DNA of 38,263 nucleotides from an uncultured Desulfobacteraceae bacterium (GCA_964472445.1 CAYYMU010000002.1:1-38263), one strand, 5' to 3'; counted from the stretch's first letter, positions 22,456-30,771 are shown. Program-made: numbers and translations. The notes: a model not told the origin generated them from the sequence alone.

Positions 22456-22775
22456 ATCCGGGTCCAGAGGGCCCGGCTTTGGTTTGCCCCTAAAAGGGGT
22501 TGTTTTACTTAAAGCGGTACAAATTAAAAGTGCCTAAAGTGAACTAAAGTGAACTAAAGTGCCTAAAGTTATGGAGTCGCTCCTGCCCGCCATCGCGAGC
22601 CATACTCAACGATCTTCGTCCTTTTGTCGTTTCGCTCAGGCGAGGCGGGCGGGTCGCTCCGCTTATTTTATATAATTGACAGAATTCCTTAACTTTAGCT
22701 CACTTCAAACTCTTGCAGCATTTCTCCAGGCAAAGCCGGATAACTCCGACTTGGCCCTGAGGACCAGGTTTTTCA
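22456..22775 (+). repeat. Composite element D, copy D1 (GC-rich 83-nt core 22577-22659)
   Basis: The core is 76/83 identical to the reverse complement of 38027-38109. Arms are built from AAAGTGCCT/AAAGTGAACT tandem units (22527-22570) and a partly complementary GCTCACTTCAAAC side. Outer hairpins are CCGGGTCCAGAGGGCCCGG (22458-22476) and TTGGCCCTGAGGACCAGG (22751-22768). Confidence 0.85.
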
Positions 22776-22789
22776 GGGTAAAATAAAGA

Positions 22790-24172
22790 TTAAAAAGAAA
22801 TAGAATTTGGAGTCCTTGGAAAAGGTATAACATCTCTTATGTTTGTTACACCTGTTAGAAACATCAGCAGGCGTTCAAAACCAAGCCCAAATCCGCTGTG
22901 AAAAACAGAGCCGTATTTCCTAGATTCAATATACCACCAATAATCCTTTTTAGATAATCCCAATTCATCCATTCTCGACTCAAGAACACTTAGCCGTTCT
23001 TCGCGCTGGCTGCCGCCAATTATTTCACCCATATTGGGAACAAGAACATCCATTGCGGCAACGGTTTCGTTGTCATCATTGACTCTCATATAAAACGGCT
23101 TTATGTTTTTAGGATAATCATAGATAATCAGAGGCTTTTTAAAATAATGTTCGGTAAGATATCGTTCATGCTCGGACTGCAGGTCATTGCCAAATTTGAC
23201 GTCATACTCAAATTTTTGTCTGGATTTACTTAAAATATCTACAGCTTCTTTGTATGAAAGCCTTGTAAAGTCAGATGATAGCAAACCGCCCAGGGTTGTC
23301 ATAAGGTTTTTATCTACATGTTTTGCAAAAAGTTCCAGATCGTCCTGGCAAGTATCTATTATATAGCCTGTCAGGTATTTTAAAAAATCTTCGCTCAAAT
23401 TCATGGCATCATTTAAATCACTAAAGGCCATTTCCGGTTCTACCATCCAGAATTCAGCTACATGCCTGCTTGTGTTTGAGTTTTCCGCCCTGAAAGTGGG
23501 GCCGAAAGTATAAACATCGCCAAGCGAAAGTGCTAACATTTCCGCTGAAAGCTGCCCTGAAACCGTCAGGTTTGTTGCAGTGCCGAAAAAATCGAGTGAA
23601 AAGTCAGTTTTTTTATCATTTTTTGGAATATTATCTAAATCCAGCGTGGTTACCTTAAACATTTCTCCAGCACCTTCGCAGTCAGAGGCAGTTAAAATCG
23701 GGGTATGAATATACTTAAAGCCTCTGTCTTTGAAAAATTTATGTATTGCAAAACACAACTCAGATCTTATGCGAAAGATAGCCCCGTATTTGTTGGTTCT
23801 GGGCCTTAAATGGGCAACAGTTCTTAAAAACTCATCACTGTGACGTTTTTTTTGCAGCGGGAAGGTGTCAGGGGCAAGGTCAAGTATTTCCAGACCATCT
23901 GCTTTCATCTCCCATTTCTGTCCTTTTCCCTGCGATTCTATTAGTGAGCCAATTACACTTACTGCCGATCCAGTTGAAATCTTTGTTATTTCTTCATAGT
24001 TGGCAAGGGAGCTCTCTGCAATTACCTGCATGTTTTTAAGGCTTGACCCGTCATTTATTTCTAAAAAGGAAAAACCCTTTGAATCACGCCTGGTTCTGAC
24101 CCATCCCATTACAATTACATTGTCCATGGGTTTGTTTGACTGTAAAAGATGTAATATTCTGATTCGCTTCAT
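22790..24172 (-). CDS. asnS: Asparagine--tRNA ligase
   Basis: 460 aa. N-terminal OB domain (GWVRTRRDSKGFSFLEINDGS), class II motifs (FRAENSNTSRH, GGSQRE, GFGLGFERL) and a PRTP...F C-terminus. Confidence 0.95.
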   Translation of the reverse strand: MKRIRILHLLQSNKPMDNVIVMGWVRTRRDSKGFSFLEINDGSSLKNMQVIAESSLANYEEITKISTGSAVSVIGSLIESQGKGQKWEMKADGLEILDLAPDTFPLQKKRHSDEFLRTVAHLRPRTNKYGAIFRIRSELCFAIHKFFKDRGFKYIHTPILTASDCEGAGEMFKVTTLDLDNIPKNDKKTDFSLDFFGTATNLTVSGQLSAEMLALSLGDVYTFGPTFRAENSNTSRHVAEFWMVEPEMAFSDLNDAMNLSEDFLKYLTGYIIDTCQDDLELFAKHVDKNLMTTLGGLLSSDFTRLSYKEAVDILSKSRQKFEYDVKFGNDLQSEHERYLTEHYFKKPLIIYDYPKNIKPFYMRVNDDNETVAAMDVLVPNMGEIIGGSQREERLSVLESRMDELGLSKKDYWWYIESRKYGSVFHSGFGLGFERLLMFLTGVTNIRDVIPFPRTPNSISF

Positions 24173-24208
24173 TCTGTTGGGTACTCTCCATATTAATAAT
24201 ATTTTTTA

Positions 24209-24347
24209 CCACCAAGCTTACGGAGAACACAGAGAAAATTTTTTTAAAAATCACTTTTAGTGGCCGTTCCTGCCTGTGTTACCCATAAAGGCGGACAAGT
24301 CTGTGGCTGAATGATTATTTTTTATATTCTTAGTGTGCTTTGTGGTG
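24209..24347 (-). repeat. Module F copy bracketed by an imperfect inverted repeat (asnS upstream region)
   Basis: The reverse complement of 24262-24319 (AATAATCATTCAGCCACAGACTTGTCCGCCTTTATGGGTAACACAGGCAGG) aligns to 37742-37794. Flanks are CCACCAAGCTTACGGAGAACACAGAGAA / TTCTTAGTGTGCTTTGTGGTG. Confidence 0.7.
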
Positions 24348-24367
24348 AAGATTTATCACTTTGTTTT

Positions 24368-25756
24368 TTATAGTTTAACGGTGATATAATAGCTCTGATC
24401 GGCGCGTTGCAGCAGAATAACCATTGATTTTTTATTGCGGTATTTTACGACTGCTTTTTCAAAATCTTTTACACTATCTGTTTTTATTTCATCAATCTGC
24501 CGTATTATATCACCAGTTTTTACTCCAATACGCGCGAGATCCGATTGACGGCTTATTGCTGAAATTATCACTCCTTTTTTTGCAACAGTTTTATATTTAA
24601 GGCGTTTTTTTATGGACAAATCTTCAGTTTTTACTCCAAGAAGCCTGAATGCAAGTTCTCTGGCCATCTTTTCAGGAAATGTTGCCGCCTTTGTTGCAAC
24701 AGTAATTTCTTTATTGTTTCTCCAAAGCTTTATTTTTATCAGATTCCCCTTGGCATAATTTTTCATGGCAGTATTGTATAGTTCAACCGACGGGGTCTTT
24801 CGAGCGCCAACAGCCAGAATTATATCTCCATCACGGATACCGGCTTTGTAGCCAGGCCCGCCAATTGTGACCTCCTTTACAAGCACGCCTCTGCTTTCAG
24901 GAATTTTCATGTATTGGGCAAGTTTTTTATCAAGAGTCTGAACGTTTACTCCTATCCAGATCTGGACAACCTCTCCATATTGAATAAGGTCTGATATAAT
25001 TCTTTTTGCCTTGTTGATAGGTATTGCAAAGCCTATTCCCTGGGCTTTTGCATAAATGGCGGTATTAATACCGATAAGTTCGCCGTTTATATTCAGGAGC
25101 GCACCTCCACTGTTGCCTGGATTAATAGAGGCATCTAACTGTATAAAATCATGATAAACAGCATTATCCGTTCTGATGCTGCGGTTTACTGCGCTTATAA
25201 TCCCTGTGGTTACTGTGTTGGAAAATCCGAAAGGATTGCCTATGGCTATAATTGTTTCTCCTATCATAAGGTCGTCGGAATTGCCCATTTCAACGGCAGG
25301 AAGAGGCTTTTTTGATGATATTCGCAGTACAGCCAGATCAGAATCAGGATCGGCGCCTATAATCTGGGCATCAAACTTGCGTTCGTCATTTAAAACAACG
25401 GTTATGGTTGTGCTTTTTGCAAGCACATGTGCATTGGTTAGAATAAGACCCCTTTTGCCATCAATAATAACACCTGAACCAAGACTGGTTTTTTTGTAGC
25501 GCTGTTCAACGCCCGGATCAAAAAAATCTTTGAAAAAAGAATCAAAACGCGGATCAATACGGAAGCGGGAAAACGGATTGGCACGTCGACGAACTTCATA
25601 TTCTGAATTTATATTCACAACCGCAGGGCTTACTTTGCTAACAGCCCTGACAACAGGGTTTTTCCGTTCATATTCAGCTGCAGGGCTATTGGATGTAAGT
25701 ATGGTTATTGCAAAAAAGGCTATAATTAAATGGATATATATTTTATGTGTTTGCAT
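24368..25756 (-). CDS. htrA: HtrA/DegP/DegQ-family periplasmic serine endoprotease with two PDZ domains
   Basis: 462 aa. Signal peptide, catalytic triad context (TNAHV, DLAVL, GNSGGAL), and two PDZ-like C-terminal regions. Confidence 0.93.
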   Translation of the reverse strand: MQTHKIYIHLIIAFFAITILTSNSPAAEYERKNPVVRAVSKVSPAVVNINSEYEVRRRANPFSRFRIDPRFDSFFKDFFDPGVEQRYKKTSLGSGVIIDGKRGLILTNAHVLAKSTTITVVLNDERKFDAQIIGADPDSDLAVLRISSKKPLPAVEMGNSDDLMIGETIIAIGNPFGFSNTVTTGIISAVNRSIRTDNAVYHDFIQLDASINPGNSGGALLNINGELIGINTAIYAKAQGIGFAIPINKAKRIISDLIQYGEVVQIWIGVNVQTLDKKLAQYMKIPESRGVLVKEVTIGGPGYKAGIRDGDIILAVGARKTPSVELYNTAMKNYAKGNLIKIKLWRNNKEITVATKAATFPEKMARELAFRLLGVKTEDLSIKKRLKYKTVAKKGVIISAISRQSDLARIGVKTGDIIRQIDEIKTDSVKDFEKAVVKYRNKKSMVILLQRADQSYYITVKL

Positions 25757-25783
25757 TTTGATATTTTAAAAACCCGTTTATAT

Positions 25784-25828
25784 TTGATGAAATCGTAAAA
25801 AGTAAAATTTGTTCGCTCTGTGAGCATT
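25784..25828 (+). repeat. Repeat module C
   Basis: TTGATGAAATCGTAAAAAGTAAAATTTGTTCGCTCTGTGAGCATT. It shares the TTGAYG-N3-TCGTAAAAAG head with BT modules and with 14994-15025. Confidence 0.8.
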
Positions 25829-25956
25829 CTCAAACAGCTTGAAATTTTAACGCCAGGCTCAATCTGACCGGCCAAAAACTGATTATTTTCCTTACCGGGA
25901 AGCTTTAGCTTCAATCTTTTTCCAAAACTGCTCAATGTCGCTTGCAAATGATTTTT

Positions 25957-26257
25957 AAATAACTCAACTGTAGTTTTTGCCAGTTATCGCAACAGTTATG
26001 ATTAAATTAAAATCAGAAAAAACTCATGTATAACAAATCGTAAACAAAGAACAGGCCATAATAAAAACAGCAATTGTGCTAATGATTTAATCTTTTATTA
26101 ATAACAATATATCAACAGGTTCTTTGCTAACGATTTTTAATACATTCAAACAGTTTTCTAATTTTAATTTAATCATAACTGAAGACTGATTGCTCAAAAG
26201 TTATTCTGGTTTCAAGTGCTGCAAAGCGGCATAGTGGGGCTTTTTACGACGCCATCA
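25957..26257 (+). repeat. Repeat family B, copy B2
   Basis: Direct repeat of B1, 10.4 kb away in the same orientation. Its outer palindrome arms are more perfect than those of B1. Confidence 0.9.
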
Positions 26258-26292
26258 TATTTGTTAGTAAAACAATTAGGCTCTTCTCCAAT

Positions 26293-26724
26293 TTAGTTGA
26301 AGAAAAGGGTCCAAGGATTCAAGTGTTTGTTTTCTAAAGACTTTATCAGCGCCTTTAACATTCTTTCGCTTTCTGCAATGTCTTTTTTTAGTGTACCCAA
26401 TACACCTTTTTCAATTAAATCTAAATCCCCTGCTAATAATATCTGCGTTTCCAATTCACAAATAGAACCATAAGATATGTAAAGCATCCTGATGTAATCT
26501 CTGGTTGTCTTTCTTCCATATCCTTCTGCTATATTCGAAGGAATAGACACAACAGATCTTCTTATTTGTGAAGTTAGACCGTATCTTTCTTCCTTTGGAA
26601 ATTTTGCTGTTATTCTATATATTTCTAAACAGAGTTTGTATGACTTTTGCCAGACTTTCAACTCTTTGTAATTCTTTAGCCTTTTACTCGAATCCTTGAA
26701 TCCTCTGGGATCACACCTGCTCAA
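26293..26724 (-). CDS. Four-helix-bundle protein (23S rRNA intervening-sequence protein family; same fold family as DGR Avd)
   Basis: 143-aa ORF. Signature YKELKVWQKSY...FPKEERYGLTSQIRRS..SIPSNIAEGYGR. The only in-frame start is TTG 26724, which adds about 16 aa beyond the usual N-terminus, so the start is uncertain. Confidence 0.8.
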   Translation of the reverse strand: MSRCDPRGFKDSSKRLKNYKELKVWQKSYKLCLEIYRITAKFPKEERYGLTSQIRRSVVSIPSNIAEGYGRKTTRDYIRMLYISYGSICELETQILLAGDLDLIEKGVLGTLKKDIAESERMLKALIKSLENKHLNPWTLFFN

Positions 26725-26802
26725 TTGGAAATAGCCTACTTATTTTGTCTTAATTAACTACAACTAAGCTGGAGATGATCCAACAATTATAATAATACAC
26801 GT

Positions 26803-26874
26803 TTGACAAACTCGTCAAAATCTCTATTATGCCGCTTGCGACGCTGTAAACTAAAACAAACTTTAATCAATCAG
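26803..26874 (+). promoter_or_regulatory. BT-module copy in promoter sense upstream of the radical-SAM gene
   Basis: TTGACA, a 16-nt spacer, then TATTAT, followed by GCCGCTTGCGACGC and ...AACTTTAATCAATCAG. Alignable over about 70 nt to the reverse complement of 26188-26257 and 15431-15500. Confidence 0.5.
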
Positions 26875-26908
26875 CTTTAATTATAAAAAAACTTATTAAA
26901 AGAATAGC

Positions 26909-29440
26909 ATGAATATTAAAAACTTTCAAGACATCCTGCCGCTGGTTGAACGGCCAAGCAGATATTTAGGCACGGAAATAAATACCATAAAAAAAGATAT
27001 AGACAAGGTCAGGCTGAAAATCGCCCTTGCTTTTCCAGATCTGTATGAAATAGGCACATCTCATTTCGGGCTTCAAATTCTTTATCATATCCTGAACAAA
27101 CATGACGATATAGCCGCTGAAAGGGTTTACGCTCCAGATGTTGATATGGAATCGTATTTGAGATCTTCACATCTTCCACTTGTGTCTCTGGAATCACATC
27201 ATCCTCTTAAAAAATTTGATATTATAGGTTTTAGCCTGCTTTATGAGCTTAATTATACAAACATTCTTACAATGTTAGACCTTGCGGGCATACCGTTTTA
27301 TTCTTCTAAAAGAGATGATTCCTTCCCGATTATTATAGCTGGTGGGCCATGTACCTGCAACCCTGAACCTGTGGCCGATTTTTTTGATGCCATGGTGGTT
27401 GGAGACGGTGAAAATGTAATAATGGATATATCCAGAACATGGCTTGAATGGAAAAAGGGTAACAATACTGATAAGGAGTCTTTGTTAAAGCAGTTATCCT
27501 TAATTAAAGGTCTTTATATACCAGCTTTTTTTAATTCAAGCAGCGGAACAGGCGATAAAAATTTCTTTCAGATTCCGCAGCCCATGTTTTCAAATTATAA
27601 GGTTATTAATAAAGAAATTATAACAGATATTGATACTGCACCTTTTCCAGATGCTCCGATAATACCGTTTGGCAGGCCTGTGCATGATCGTCTTCGAATG
27701 GAGATTGCACGTGGATGCACCAGGGGATGCCGATTCTGTCAGGCCGGCATGATATATAGACCAGTTCGTGAACGTTCTGTAGAAAGACTGCTTAATCTGA
27801 CCGATGCTTCATTGTCTGCAACAGGTTATGAAGACATTTCACTGTTATCACTGAGCAGTGCTGACTATGGGAACATTGTACCTCTTATGGAACAGCTCAT
27901 GTCCAGATATAAATCCGGACATGTTGCTGTTTCTTTACCCTCATTGCGTGCCGGGACTCTGACACCTGAACTTATTAATCTAATAAAAAGGGTCAGAAAA
28001 ACAGGGTTTACAATTGCGCCAGAAGCAGGAAGCCAGAGACTCAGAGATTTTATAAACAAGAACATTACTGAAAAAGAAATTGTTGATACAGTACAAGATG
28101 TGTTTGATATGGGCTGGCTGGTTATAAAACTATACTTTATGATAGGGTTGCCATCAGAAACAGATGATGATCTTCAGGCGATTGTCAGCCTTGTTAAAAA
28201 GCTTCGCAAGATTAAAGCCAAGGGGCGACACAGTCACCAGATAAATGTCAGCGTGGCGACCTTTATACCAAAGCCACACACCCCTTTTCAATGGGCACCT
28301 CAACTTTCTCTGGATGAATCAAGAGGCAAAATAGAAAAACTTAGGGCTGAGCTAAAAATGTCTGGAATTCGTTTTAAATGGCAGAATCCGCAGGTAAGCA
28401 TACTCGAAGGTGTTTTTGCGAGGGGAGACAGACAGCTTAGCGCTTTGCTGGTAGATGCGTACGAAAAAGGATGCAGGTTTGACGGGTGGAGTGAGAAGTT
28501 TCAGTATAAACTGTGGCAGCAGGCCTTGTTGGACCAAAGAATAGATGTAAATCATTATACAGGTGCAAGGGCTTTAAGTGACAGCCTGCCCTGGGATCAC
28601 ATTGATGCTGGAGTGACAAAAGAATTTTTGAAGAAAGAATTGGGAAAAGCGGAAAAAGGAGAATCTACTCAGGACTGTCGAACAGGTGAATGCAATAACT
28701 GCGGAGTTTGCGATTTTGACACCATTAAACCGGCTGTTTTTGAAGTTGACAGAAGAAAGACGGTACAGGATGTTGTTAGTTTTTTAGATAATAAAAAAGA
28801 TTTAAAGGATAATTCAGTAGAATTTTTTCCAAAAATTAAGGTTGGTTTTTCAAAAAAGGGTAAGGCAAAATATTTTGGACATTTAGAGCTTGTAAATATT
28901 TTTCTGCGCGCTCTCAGGAGGGCTGGCATACCGGTGAAGTTTACGGAAGGGTATCATCCCAAACCACGGATATCCTTTGGTGATACACTCCCTCTTGGAA
29001 TGGAAAGCCTGAACGAGTCATTATATCTGGTGATGTGCGGTAACGTTAAAACAGACCATGTAAAAGATGGCTTGAATAATAATTTACCGGAAGGTCTTTT
29101 TGTGTCAGATTGTCAACAATGTCTGACTAAAGCAGACGTTGAAACGCCAAAGTCGGCTTTATATTTTATAGAGCTTAAAGACAGTTGTTTTGACAATAAC
29201 GCAATAAACAATTTTATAAATAGACCTTCTCTTATTCAAACCAGTGTTAATCGAAAAGGCAAGGTAAAAAAAGTAGATCTTAAGGACATGGTTTTGAAAA
29301 TTGATTTAAGAAGCCCCTGTAACCTTATATTAAAGCTAAGATCGGAACCCGGCAGAACAGCAAGACCGTTTGATATTTTAAAGACAGTTTTTAGCTTTTC
29401 TGAAGATACAATAAGGCAGGCAACTGTAATAAAACAGTGA
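26909..29440 (+). CDS. Radical SAM protein, B12-binding-like N-domain fused to a DUF2344-type C-terminal domain (TIGR03960/TIGR03936-like), function unknown
   Basis: 843 aa. CxxxCxxC cluster in ARGCTRGCRFCQAG. The N-terminus ERPSRYLGTEIN is typical of this conserved fusion family. The C-terminal third has the KxGxxKYxGHLE pattern. Confidence 0.85.
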   Translation: MNIKNFQDILPLVERPSRYLGTEINTIKKDIDKVRLKIALAFPDLYEIGTSHFGLQILYHILNKHDDIAAERVYAPDVDMESYLRSSHLPLVSLESHHPLKKFDIIGFSLLYELNYTNILTMLDLAGIPFYSSKRDDSFPIIIAGGPCTCNPEPVADFFDAMVVGDGENVIMDISRTWLEWKKGNNTDKESLLKQLSLIKGLYIPAFFNSSSGTGDKNFFQIPQPMFSNYKVINKEIITDIDTAPFPDAPIIPFGRPVHDRLRMEIARGCTRGCRFCQAGMIYRPVRERSVERLLNLTDASLSATGYEDISLLSLSSADYGNIVPLMEQLMSRYKSGHVAVSLPSLRAGTLTPELINLIKRVRKTGFTIAPEAGSQRLRDFINKNITEKEIVDTVQDVFDMGWLVIKLYFMIGLPSETDDDLQAIVSLVKKLRKIKAKGRHSHQINVSVATFIPKPHTPFQWAPQLSLDESRGKIEKLRAELKMSGIRFKWQNPQVSILEGVFARGDRQLSALLVDAYEKGCRFDGWSEKFQYKLWQQALLDQRIDVNHYTGARALSDSLPWDHIDAGVTKEFLKKELGKAEKGESTQDCRTGECNNCGVCDFDTIKPAVFEVDRRKTVQDVVSFLDNKKDLKDNSVEFFPKIKVGFSKKGKAKYFGHLELVNIFLRALRRAGIPVKFTEGYHPKPRISFGDTLPLGMESLNESLYLVMCGNVKTDHVKDGLNNNLPEGLFVSDCQQCLTKADVETPKSALYFIELKDSCFDNNAINNFINRPSLIQTSVNRKGKVKKVDLKDMVLKIDLRSPCNLILKLRSEPGRTARPFDILKTVFSFSEDTIRQATVIKQ

Positions 29441-29444
29441 TTAG

Positions 29445-29585
29445 GAGGCTGTCCGAGAATGAGAAATTTTTTGCAAGGTCAAGGAAAACGAAGATTTTAA
29501 CCGCAGGAATACATTGAGTATTTTGAGGATTAAAATCTGAGACTGACGCAGAGATTGCGGGAAATAGCCATTCTCGGACAGCCTC
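29445..29585 (+). repeat. Repeat family A, copy A4 (variant closing stem)
   Basis: Core homologous to A3 (CAAGGAAAACGAAGATTTTAACCGCAGGAATACATTGAGTATTTTGAGGATTAAAATCTGAGACTGACGCAGAGATTGCGGG). It is closed by a different, perfect 17-bp inverted repeat GAGGCTGTCCGAGAATG / CATTCTCGGACAGCCTC. Confidence 0.85.
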
Positions 29586-29714
29586 TTAGTGTTTTATAAA
29601 AGGTTGCGTTAGCTTGTAAATTCTTAAAAATGCTGATTTTTTGATGCTTGACTTTATATTTGACTTGTGATTATTTTAGAAGTTTAAAAATAATTGATCA
29701 GGCATTTTTGCTGC

Positions 29715-29731
29715 GAGACCGTAGAAAAATG
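29715..29731 (+). repeat. Solo copy of a family-A terminus
   Basis: GAGACCGTAGAAAAATG, compared with GAGACCGTTGAAAAATG at 29774-29790. Confidence 0.6.
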
Positions 29732-29773
29732 TTTTCTGCTAAAAGCGGTATTAAGCTTTATAATGGATTCAGC

Positions 29774-29915
29774 GAGACCGTTGAAAAATGCTCAATTTTG
29801 TTTAAGTTCAAGGAAGGCGAGGATTTCAACCACAGGAATATATTGAATATTTCGAGGATTGAAATTTGAGCCTGACGCAGAAATTGGGCAAAAGGGGGTG
29901 TTTTGCAAAGGTCTC
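29774..29915 (+). repeat. Repeat family A, copy A3 (142 bp)
   Basis: GAGACCGTTGAAAAATG ... TGTTTTGCAAAGGTCTC. Core is CAAGGAAGGCGAGGATTTCAACCACAGGAATATATTGAATATTTCGAGGATTGAAATTTGAGCCTGACGCAGAAATTGGGC. Ends 52 nt upstream of rpmH. Confidence 0.85.
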
Positions 29916-29967
29916 TCAGCACAAGGCAGAAGGTCTCAAGAAATATATAATTTAGGGGATATGTAAC

Positions 29968-30102
29968 ATGAAAAGAACTTATCAACCGAGTAGGATAAAA
30001 CGAGCCAGAACACATGGTTTTTTGAAACGTATGTCAACGAAACAGGGAAGAAAAATCATTAACAATCGGAGGGCTAAAGGCAGAAAGCGTCTGACTGTTT
30101 AA
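29968..30102 (+). CDS. rpmH: 50S ribosomal protein L34
   Basis: 44-aa ORF below the ORF-track cutoff: [52 protein letters not shown]. Directly precedes rnpA. Confidence 0.97.
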   Translation: MKRTYQPSRIKRARTHGFLKRMSTKQGRKIINNRRAKGRKRLTV

Positions 30103-30148
30103 GAGAAACACACAATAAAATCAGCTGGTTGTAAGGGGTATAAATCTC

Positions 30149-30502
30149 GTGAGATTTTCTTTTACCAAGGCGGACAGGCTGTTAAAACGAATTAATTTTT
30201 TAAGTTTGGCATCGCATGGCAGGCAATTGCATAATAAAAATTTTGTTGCAGTCTTTGCTCCCGGTAAATTTGAACGAAAACGTCTTGGTATTACAGTTTC
30301 GAAAAGGGTTGGAAACGCGGTAGTTCGCAACAGGGTTAAACGGTTTACCCGTGAATATTTTAGACTTAACAGACAAAAAATTACAGGTAACTGGGATATA
30401 AATATTATAGCAAAGAAGGAATCTGCCAATCTTTCATCATCCCAGGCATTTTTGTCCCTGCAAAACATTTTTGACAAGATTAATAGGAGTCTTTATCATT
30501 AA
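30149..30502 (+). CDS. rnpA: Ribonuclease P protein component
   Basis: 117 aa with GTG start. Basic protein carrying the RNR-like motif ([14 protein letters not shown]). Canonical position after rpmH. Confidence 0.9.
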   Translation: MRFSFTKADRLLKRINFLSLASHGRQLHNKNFVAVFAPGKFERKRLGITVSKRVGNAVVRNRVKRFTREYFRLNRQKITGNWDINIIAKKESANLSSSQAFLSLQNIFDKINRSLYH

Positions 30503-30719
30503 GAATATTTTTCAGATATTTGCCCTGTTTACTATAAGAGCATATCAATATATTGTATCTCCTGTGTTGGGACCTTCCTGTCGTTTTTATCCAACCTGTT
30601 CTGAGTATGCTTATCAGGCTGTTTTACGTTATGGGCCATTAAAGGGATCTTTCCTTGCTTTAAAAAGAATTTTACGATGCCATCCGTTTAATCCGGGCGG
30701 GATTGATAACGTTCCTTAA
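30471..30719 (+). CDS. yidD: Membrane protein insertion efficiency factor YidD
   Basis: [20 protein letters not shown]...G..KG..L...RI.RCHPF..GG.D.VP signature. The start codon is uncertain (TTG 30471 overlaps the end of rnpA). Confidence 0.88.
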   Translation: MTRLIGVFIIKNIFQIFALFTIRAYQYIVSPVLGPSCRFYPTCSEYAYQAVLRYGPLKGSFLALKRILRCHPFNPGGIDNVP

Positions 30720-30771
30720 AGCTATAGGCCTGAACATGACGATTATTACAAACCTGATTTGTTTGTTTCAT

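Noticed and set aside
22527-22570. Short tandem repeats here and at 37964-37987 and 37814-37848, considered as a degenerate CRISPR array
   Set aside because: The units are 7-16 nt and contiguous with no spacers. There are only 2-4 units and no cas genes. They function as arms of a palindrome.
25726-25947. 73-aa ORF in the htrA / four-helix-bundle spacer, and a shared peptide MLTERTN.TFY.FIK also readable at 34-78
   Set aside because: The shared stretch is simply repeat module C. Differences between the two copies are mostly non-synonymous, the frames diverge immediately after the module, and there is no RBS. The 73-aa ORF at 29648-29869 is likewise composed of family-A repeat sequence.
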